In this document: one piece after another, positions 11,883 to 20,800 of the stretch
Position numbering within the stretch: the first letter of the stretch is position 1
Layout: each line of letters starts with the position of its first letter
Assembly (NCBI GenBank): GCA_965202585.1
Contig: OZ241832.1
Coordinates: 8,122,001 to 8,186,000 of the forward strand
From: Thalia democratica
Taxonomy: Eukaryota
Length of the DNA stretch: 64,000 bases
Direction of reading: 5' to 3'
The notes under the pieces: model-generated
The model's database searches: none
The model's input: the letters and a program-made list of their open reading frames with translations, nothing else
What the model was told of the DNA's origin: nothing
Made by a program: the position numbers and the translations under genes

Positions 11883-13261
11883 ATGTCGGATCGAGCTCAA
11901 AATAGCAGTGACAATGCTGGTGATGTCATAGTTCCTGCTAGTAATAACAACGCTCACGGTAATAACGAAGACGTGCCTGCTATTAATAACAATGAGAATG
12001 ACAATGTTAATGCTAGTGAAAATGTTTCTGCCAGTGAAAATGCTACTGTTAATGCCAATAATCCTGCGAACGGTGGCAACGATTCCGAGATCATCGAAAG
12101 GACGTGCTCCGTGGACAACTGGGAGGAGCTGATGAGGAGCTACAAGACGTACTTCAGCGAGCTCAAGCTGGAAAACGAAGCCGAACCGACCGAAGAACAA
12201 GCCAAACGCAAGTTCGAGGAGCTCGCGGGGAGGCTGGAGTGTGACAAGAACGACAACGCGCTCTTCGACTCCCTGAAGGACCACGGCTTTCACAGCTGGC
12301 TCAGAGTGCTGCTCGGGCTGGAGGTGGTGCTGGATCTGCTGCGGAGGAACCTGCAAAAGGCCGCCGACCGGCTGTACGAGGAGTTCGCGAGAAAAAAAGA
12401 CGCGAACGCGAACGATGGAGGAGCTGTGGCAAAAGTTGGTGCGAACGTGAAGGGTGGTGGAAGTGCAGGCGGAAGTGGTGGAAAAAAAGCAAATGAGGTT
12501 ATATGTTGCACGAATGCTTTTGACAGCCTCGATGGCGACGAAATAGAACTCATCGACGGCATATACAACGAGTACAGAAGAGCGAAGAGAAATAGAACAG
12601 ACGCCAAAAACGCATGCAAGGAATTTTTCATTGATAACGTATCTGAAAAGTTAGAGGGTTCCTTGAATAACAATAGATTCGAATTTGAGTACACTGAACA
12701 ACAACGAGAAGATTTAAAAAGAAGCGGTAAAACTGTTACCAAAAAAACAAAACCAATGTTAGGAGATGATTTTATAAACAAATATAAAAATGTCACTCAA
12801 ATTCTGAGGTGGTTTTTAAAAAGGCTGGACAAAACGTCCACTCACGAGAAAAAAGAAATAAATGCAGATACCACCAGAGAAGAATACTTTCTCATCGCCT
12901 TGTCCGTGTTCCGGTTTTTAAACTGCGAGAACTGGAAAAGAAAAGGCGCAGGCAACCAGGAAGGGTTAGAGGCGGACAGCGGCAGCACGGGCTACAAGCT
13001 CAGGGTCGCCATAGTTTTCATGGGCTGGGGCCAGGAGTACGTCAAGTTCAGAGGCGACAGTGTCGGTTGTTACGACATGACCCCGTTGGCGAAGATGGCG
13101 GTGTCCGTGCGCAAGGATTTCCTTTTCAACGACAAGTACAAGACTCTGCAGGAGTCGGCCGATCCGAAGAAGACGGACAAGCCAGAAGAGAAGACTTTTA
13201 ACTTCTGGGTGAAGATGGTAAAGGATGTGAGAAACAAAATTCTCCACAGCGCAACTGACAG
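11883..13261 (+). CDS. Novel multidomain protein, exon 1: Asn-rich N-terminus plus CXorf38/DUF4559/DZIP3-like HEPN domain
   Basis: Open frame from ATG 11883; motifs SWLRVLLGLEVV, VAIVFMGWG, YDMTPLAKM and VKDVRNKILHS parallel CXorf38 NWLKAGHCL, VAKAFMPRG, DAVALL and IKCRNEIMHS. Donor either AG|gttgga (13261, phase 2) or AT|gtaaat (13277, phase 0). Confidence 0.75.
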
Positions 13262-13532
13262 GTTGGAATTTAGATATGTAAATATATATGATTTATTTTA
13301 TTTAAATATATTTTTACGTTGTATATTACTGCTTTTTTTTTATTGTAGTGTTTTCGTAATTTGTTTTATATTTTAATTTGTTTACATTTTGTTTTCTATT
13401 TATAACTTAAAAATAAAAGTTAGAACATCTTTTTTTGTCGTTCAAACTTCTGTACCATCCCGTTGTTTCCGACACTCTTTCCTACTTTCTAATTGTCTAA
13501 TTGTTAAAGCAAAATTTTTACAAAACGTTTAG

Positions 13533-14888
13533 GACGAAAAGCGAACTGAAAACCGCTTGCTTCTACGTATTGCACAGCTTTGTTCGACACTTGCGGGAGA
13601 ATAGGTTTTTTGAAATGTACGAGAAAAATGGTAATGGAGGCGGGAACGACGAAAATAACGGCGGGAATGGCAATGATGGCGCGGAAAGCAGTAATAGCAG
13701 GAAAGGCAATGATGGCGGGAGAGACCGCAAAGGCGGGAATGGCAATGATGACGACAGTGACGATGGTGGTAGCGGTAGAGGCGGGAACGGTGCAAGTACA
13801 ATACAAACCGCCGTTGTCGGCAAAAATGTTAACGGTAAAACCGAAAGTGAGGTAAGACGAAAAGAGCGAGAAAAAAAAAAGGCGCAGATGAGGATCTACG
13901 CGGAGGTGACGAAGAGCCTGAGGTTCGTGGAGACGGCGGACGTGAGGCTTCTGTTCGAGGGTGAGGTGACCAGGTCCACTCTCAACCTCTACCTGAACAA
14001 AAAGAAAAAGAAGGAGGGCGGGGCGGGCTCGAGCGGAGGTGGTAGGGGAGGAAGCAAAAGTGTGACAGCAGCAGCGCAGCAAGGAAGTAGCAACGCGCAA
14101 GGAGCAAATGAAGGCAATGGTGTGGCGAGCACCAGCAAAACTGTGTCAGCAGAAGCGCAGCAAGGAAGTAGCAACGCGCAAGGAGCAAATGAAGGCAATG
14201 ATGTGGCGAGCACCAGCAAAACTGTGACAAGAGAAGCGCAGCAAGGAAGTAGCAACGCGCAAGGAGCAAATGAAGGCAATGATGTGGCGAGCACCAGCAA
14301 AACTGTGACAAGAGAAGCGCAGCAAGGAAGTAGCAACGCGCAAGGAGCAAATGAAGGCAATGATGTGGCGAGCACCAGCAAAACTGTGCCAAGAGCAGCG
14401 CAGCAAGGAAGTAGCAACGCGCAAGGAGCAAATGAAGGCAATGATGTGGCGAGCACCAGCAAAACGGTGACAACAACAGCGCAGCAAGGAAGTAGCAACG
14501 CGCAAGGAGCAAATGAAGGCAATGATGTGGCGAGCACCAGCAAAACTGTGACAGCAGCAGCGCAGCAAGGAAGTAGCAACGCGCAAGGAGCAAATGAAGG
14601 CAATGATGTGGCGAGCACCAGCAAAACTGTGACAGCAGCAGCGCAGCAAGGAAGTAGCAACGCGCAAGGAGCAAATGAAGGCAATGATGTGGCGAGCACC
14701 AGCAAAACGGTGACAACAACAGCGCAGCAAGGAAGTAGCAACGCGCAAGGAGCAACAAAAGGAAAAAGTAATGGAAAGAATAAAAAAAAAAATAAAGATC
14801 AAGTGGAACTATCGGAGGAGTACAATAGCGCGAAAGGGCACAGAGCGCCCGTGAGGTTCAAGAAAATAGACGGCAATGACAAACTGCA
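13533..14888 (+). CDS. Novel multidomain protein, exon 2: G/N/D-rich linker, short helical segment, 27-aa repeat array
   Basis: Acceptor tttag| at 13532 (phase 2; alternative aaag| at 13509, phase 0), long open frame, perfect donor CA|gtgagt at 14889. Confidence 0.72.
14065..14755 (+). repeat. Coding tandem repeat, 81-bp / 27-aa unit, 8 full copies plus one partial
   Basis: AQQGSSNAQGANEGNDVASTSKTV+XXX units start every 81 nt from 14074 to 14722. Confidence 0.97.
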
Positions 14889-15157
14889 GTGAGTTAGATA
14901 GTTGAAATATTTTTTTCTTTGTAATGAGAGGCAGCTGTATGCTTTCATCTTGCAGTTTTAAATAAGTGCAGGCTTTATTTTAATACATTTTTATACCTAA
15001 GAAGTAGTCATAAACGCTTAATAATCACAAAGTTTGACCAAATCTTGGCACAAAACAAAAAACTTGAAGTTTTTTTCAAAAACTTTTCTTTACCGTCGTC
15101 AGTTTTCGCAAGCAAATTTTTTAATCGAGTTTGCTTCAACCACTTTTAAAATTGCAG

Positions 15158-16169
15158 GCTGAAGCCAGTGTTTTTGCCTGCGATGAAAACTCCAGGTGGA
15201 AAAGCACAGATGAAGTCCAAACTGCAAAACTGGAATAAAACTGATCAAAGTAACTTTCACGTCCTTGAAGAATTGCTGAAAATTAAAGACAAAAAAAAAC
15301 GTGTCGCGAAGGTTTTCAAGTTTTTCGAGAACGAGATCGATTGCGTCCAGCAGGAGTTCGAAGAATTCTCGGACAGCTGGAAGGTGGTAAACGATTACCT
15401 GAAGCCGAAGAAGAGGCAAACGCTGAGGGAAATCAACGAGAACTGGACGTTCTACAGGGAAGAGAAGCTGAAGGAAGCGGAAAAAGAAAAAGAAAAAGCA
15501 GAAAAAAAAGAAAAAGAAAAAGCAGAAAAAAAAGAAAAAGAAAAAGAGCAGAAGAAGAATGCGGGAGCAACAGCAAATAACAACCAGGGTCAACAACAAC
15601 TACAAACACAAGGATCAAACCAACAACAGCAAGGACCATCTGAACAACAAAAAGGAACAACAAATCAAGGCCAACCACCAAAACTAGGATCAGAAGAGCA
15701 ACAAAAACCGTTAAAACAACAACAACAACAAAAACAATCAGGATTACAACAACAANNNNNNNNNNNNNNNNNNNNNNNNNNNNNNNNNNNNNNNNNNNNN
15801 NNNNNNNNNNNNNNNNNNNNNNNNNNNNNNNNNNNNNNNNNNNNNNNNNNNNNNNNNNNNNNNNNNNNNNNNNNNNNNNNNNNNNNNNNNNAAGAACAGC
15901 TGTCGGCAATGCGAGGCAATGAGATCGGCAATGCGGGAAGCCAGAGCCGAGACGATGCTGGAAAAATTCTCGAGACCGCCAACGAAACCGCTGCAACCAC
16001 GATCGAACAGGTAAATGTTCTCGGGAGCTTGTCAGACGACAACGGGAACAGAAGCGCCGAAGGTGCAGGTCTCGATACAGCCATCCCTGCGCTAACACAA
16101 GAAGTGCAATCCGATAATGACGGCAATGACGAAGGTGGGGAGATAAGTGTAAGCATAACAGAAAATTAA
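15158..16169 (+). CDS. Novel multidomain protein, exon 3: helical segment, KE- and Q-rich tracts (spans assembly gap)
   Basis: attgcag| acceptor at 15157 is phase 2, matching the 14888 donor; frame stays open to TAA at 16167-16169, but continuity across the N-run is unverified. Confidence 0.72.
15756..15891. other. Assembly gap (136 N) inside a CAA/Gln-rich tract
   Basis: Run of N. Confidence 0.99.
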
Positions 16170-16310
16170 CGCCGCCTTAATGTGAAAGCACCAAATGTCA
16201 TTTTACCTGCAAAGTTTTGTGTGATTTTGTATACTCCAGCAATAAAGCGAATTTAAAACTTTTAGATCTTGTTTTTTTTTTGTTTTATATAAAGTAAGGT
16301 TGAAGTTAAC

Positions 16311-16689
16311 TAGAACGGGTCAAAACTGCACGAAGACAAACTTGTACGAAAGGTCAATTTTGCACAATGACAAATTGCCAGGGGGGGTCAATTTTGCAAA
16401 AAGGGTCATTTTTGCACGAGAGAAAAAAAAAAGATAAAAATTTGAAAGAAAAAAACTAAATGGTAAATAAGTACAAAAAATATATAAATATATAAAGCTA
16501 CCAACCGAGGGAAGGGTTAGGGTAACAGTGATAGTAAAAGTAAAATAAATATAATTAAATTAACAAAAAAATTAAAAAACTTCAACCAGTGCAAAAATGT
16601 TCCCACGTGCAAAAGTTACTCTTCGTGCAAAAGTGTCTTCGTGCATCTTTGTCCCCTCGTGCAATTTTGTCCGCTCGTGATACCTACCC
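16311..16689. mobile_element. Mutator/Foldback-like MITE, same family as 8805-9384
   Basis: Termini (t)AGAACGGGTC and TACCTACCC; flanks gaagttaac / gtagctaac match 7 of 9 (degenerate 9-bp TSD). Confidence 0.7.
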
Positions 16690-17986
16690 GTAGCTAACAG
16701 ATGTTGTTTTGATGTTTTAAAAATTAAACATTTTTTTTTGTTTATATTTGTTATGGTAAAAACATCAGTTTCAAACTCTACCCTTCGTAAGTCGTAGCTT
16801 AGCATAGTTCAAACTATAATGCTGACTTTAAGCTGTGTAAAAATGTTTTTATTTAACTCAAACACTGCTGTTTTCAAAGAAGAACTTTTGTGCTTTTAGC
16901 GTACAGATTCAAACTTTTAGCGAGCATTTTTCTTTTGTTGTTAATAAGGTACCTTGTTTACAACTTCATATAAACATCAACTAACTTTTCTTTAATAACA
17001 GTTTGTTATGATAACTTCGAGATAGATTTATCAACTGTCACTTTTTTTTTTTTGTTTTAATTAAATTATTATTTTTCAACTTTGTTTCATGGTGTGATTT
17101 AAAAAGTAAATCAAAGCTTTAGATGTGCAAAAGTTATTCAATATAAAGTTTATGTTGTTTCGTTTGACGTTTTAAGTTGACAAATTACAAATTTTAAGCT
17201 GGAAAACCATTATACCAGAATTTTTTTTTTTTGATCAGTTTAATAAACGTATGTTTTAATTGAAAAAATAATTTACTTAACAAAAATCATTTATATTAGT
17301 AATTTTTATTATAGATATACGACAGCCATTTTAAAATTTAGCTCTTTTTTTTTTAAACAACCATGACAAGTTTTTGTATATTATTTTCAATTCATTTAAC
17401 CATTTGTTTATGCTGCAGGAATAAAACATTGCAGCCTCTGCTCTTCATTTAAGGTGATATTAAAAAAAGTAAAATTAACGTCTTAAATCATCAGTTAAAT
17501 CCGAAACAAGGGATTGTTATCAATGGTAAAAATTCAGATGAGATCAATGAAAAAATGTTCATCACAATAAATTATTTTCATTATAACATGCTTCAAATAA
17601 AATTCAGACCTAAGCATGTTTTTTAAGCAAAAAAAATTATGATTTAAGCTTTTTAGTTTCAAGATTTGATTGAATCGATCTAAGGTCGTTTGCGGCTTTT
17701 GCATTCGTTTATACTTTACAGAGCAACTTACGCTCGTTTGATAAGTTTCGTGAAACCAACTCCAGTAGTGCGCTTTAAGGAGTTTTTTTTGTAAAATAAG
17801 TTTTGCTCATTTAGTATATAATTCTACGACCAGCTTACGAAAATTCTTTTAAGACTGACCTGACACATCTGGGGTGTTTGCGTAGAGCAGGGTAAAGTGG
17901 GCAACATAGCCCCTTGATGGCAGTTTTCACCACTAGGGGTCTTAGTGAGACGTAAAAGTAAATGGGCAACCAGCTAGCAAAGGGGC
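16501..17986 (-). repeat. Right arm of the long inverted duplication (partner 7713-9021)
   Basis: Reverse complement of the left arm, apart from a non-matching block at about 17580-17880 versus about 7825-7930. Confidence 0.9.
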
Positions 17987-18529
17987 TTCTAAAATAGAAT
18001 AAATAAATAAAAATTTATAATTTAAGTTTGAAAACCATTAATCTAAAATTAATTTTTGGAACATCTATTTGTTATTAAAAGATTAAGAAAATGGACAAAC
18101 TAAAATGTCATTTAATACTAATATAATTGTATTTACAGAAAACAAGTTAATTTTCAATACCCTTAAAGATCGTAGAAATTAAATAAAATAAAGATTATAA
18201 AAGTTTGTTATTTAGCTCTTTCTTTAAATTTTTTCTGAAAATTAACTTAAACCACTTTTTTTTTTTTCTAAAAAAAAGTGCATAAACTTAAAAGTCGATT
18301 ATAAAATACAATACAATACTTTAATAGTAATAACACTTTTTTTTTTCACCAAGCATTTTTTTTAACTTTCCTGTTTATTGCAATCAATCAAGTAACCTGT
18401 AACACTTGTAAAACGCTTTTCACCGTTCGTTGGACTGAGATTAAAATCAAGTGAAAAGACAGTTTTGAGTTCAGAAATATGTAAGAAGCCACACTTATAA
18501 AAAAAATACTTTAAAATGGTGAAAGCACT

Positions 18530-19496
18530 AGAATGACACCGTTGATGGCGAACCGAAGAAAACTCTGCAGTCGACCAAAATGAAACGGCCTGACGCTTTC
18601 AACTTGCCATTTTTGAACTTGCTAGTATTACCCTGCAGCGCAGGCTCGCTTTCGAGCTCAACAAAGTTTACATTCTCACACCTAACAAGCCGCAAGTTGT
18701 AAAGAGAGTCCGAGCCTTGTCAGCAAGCAAACAACGCCCAACTTAATTTTTTAAACTCTTTTTTTTTTGTCAAACTTCAACAAATATTTTTCACGAACCC
18801 GGCAAAATTCTACCGGGTATTTCCAGTGGCAAATACGAAACCTTAAAACGACAGAAAGGTCGGAAGGTAGAAGAAACGGGAGTTTTACGACCTAAAAGGA
18901 TTTGTCGACTCTAATAACCTTAGGCAAAGCGGCGCGAAAGTCTTCGAGTTTTTCAAGAGATCGATTGCGTCCAGCAGAAGTTCGATGAGTTCTCGGACAG
19001 CTGGAAGGTGGTAAACGATTACCTGAAGCCGAAGAAGAGGCAAACGCTGAGGGAAATCAACGAGAACTGGACGTTCTACAGGGGAAAGAAGCAGAAGGAA
19101 GCTGGAAATAACGGAAATCAAGGAGACCAGAAGTATAAAATCAACAAAAACCAGGAGTAAGAACATCAAAACCATAAACGAAACAACTACAAATACAAGG
19201 ATTAAAACAATGATATACATCACAAAACCAACGATATCAATCACAAAGTGAAGGAATTTCACAAAAGCGAACTCAAAATCTACTCCAAAAACTAGGATCC
19301 AAACACCAGCAAGCAGAAAAATCAAAACAAATGAAATCACAATCGTATCTACAATGCAATAACACTAAGAATAACTGTAAAAAAATGTAAACAATAATGT
19401 CGTCAATTGTCCTAAAAACAGTGCGGTCCTGAAAATAACAATGACACCCGGAACGAGATCACTTGGCTTTAAAGCCGATTTCAACGGGAGGGAAGG
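18530..19496 (+). pseudogene. Relic paralogue of exon 3 of the 11883-16169 gene, interrupted by the LTR array
   Basis: About 18957-19105 is nearly identical to about 15338-15480 (EIDCVQQ...NWTFYR) with a small indel and frameshift; followed by a degenerate Q/N-rich tract; similar sequence resumes after 32718. Confidence 0.75.
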
Positions 19497-20800
19497 TGTA
19501 GGACACTTATGCAATATCTTATTTTGCCTTGTGTCCAAATTTTGATAACTTAAAGAAATTAATGTTAATCACTTGATATTATATTTTTCCTTTAAAAAAA
19601 ACAACAAATAAATATAGTAAAACTAATTCCCAAAAAAAACTATTTTTCACAAACAAAATAAGTGCTAGTTAAAATGATTTTTGTCTTTGATTTCTTGATT
19701 GAACTGGAAATAGCTTGTTTATGGGTGTGGCTAAGGGAAAATGAGAGAATCAAATGATAGATCAAGTGATCTACAGTTCAAAGTCCAGGAAAATGAGAGA
19801 ATCAAATGAGAGATCGCGTGATTATTGAAAATTCTAGAAAAAGAATCGAAAAACTATAAATACGCCCAATCAGAGCGTGAAGCAGGGCATTTACCTCGAA
19901 ACAAGCACGAAGCGACACTCTGCTGCTCGAAAATTTAAGCGTTAGCCGCCATCTTGGAAAAGCTAGATGACACCCGAGAAAACCTTCTTATACAACAACG
20001 TCGACGGGGCGAACAACTCGATTTGAGTTGTTAACGTGCCATAATCATAAGCCTACGCATACTGTAGCAGACAACTTCTTTGGATCAATTTGAACACTGA
20101 ATTCCACGATTGAGTCCACAGCGTTCAAAGAAAGAAACTTGAACATTCATCTTATTGAGCAAGCCCACACAGATTGTGGCGTCAACCTTAGCTACACTTC
20201 TACGAACAAGTTGTTTTCGTACTTTTAAATAATTCTGTCGTAATATTTATACATATTTATATTATCGTATCTATTTACTATTGTACTTGTATTGTAATAT
20301 TTATACATATTTATATCATCGTGCCTATTTATATTGTATTTTATCGCCACGCTCCGATTACGGGAAGGAAACGGAAGAAGATCAAGCCACGTACATCAAG
20401 ATTCTGTAAACGAGACGGACCAACGTCGAGTGCCAGAAACTGAGCGACCGGAGACCAGTGACACGTCTCCAGTGACACGTCAAGGAGGGAATCCAGAGCA
20501 CGTTTTCCTTCTAATTGTTAACTTTAAGTGTTTAGACTTATTGTGAGCTGTCATTGCGTTTATTTGTACATAATAAAACAACATTACTTAGTTTTATTAT
20601 ATTTAGTTATATAAATTATATAGTTATGTCCTTAAAACCCCTAAAAAAGGCATTAGTCTTGAAAGTGCCACGCACACAAACGTGCACCGAAATGAGTTGT
20701 TCCGAGACTACTGCTAACCTGGAATCTGATGAGATTGTCGAGCCTGAGACCGAGGCAATTTCGAAGGAAATCAGTGAGGCTACAAGTCCGGGTAACAATA
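19497..20800 (+). repeat. LTR 1 (1304 bp)
   Basis: Same sequence at 25454-26757 and 31411-32714 as far as I can read; contains TATAAAT, internal direct repeats and AATAAA (20572). Confidence 0.85.
19855..19956 (+). promoter_or_regulatory. Putative LTR promoter: TATA box and YY1-like motif
   Basis: TATAAAT at 19855-19861, GCCGCCATCTTG at 19945-19956, and a duplicated ggaaaatgagagaatcaaatga upstream; repeated in each LTR. Confidence 0.5.

Noticed and set aside
14065-14755. CRISPR-like repeat/spacer appearance of the 81-bp array
   Set aside because: The variable part is only about 9 nt, the array is in frame within a spliced eukaryotic exon, and there are no cas genes
11874-16156. Many minus-strand and alternate-frame ORFs (e.g. 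13982..14758, 13989..14741, 15433..16098)
   Set aside because: Shadows of low-complexity, GC-rich and repeat coding sequence; only the plus frame has motifs and consistent splice phases
7713-17986. Autonomous giant transposon (Polinton-like or similar) defined by the long inverted repeats
   Set aside because: No outer TSD and no intact transposase, integrase or polymerase inside; kept only as an inverted-duplication finding
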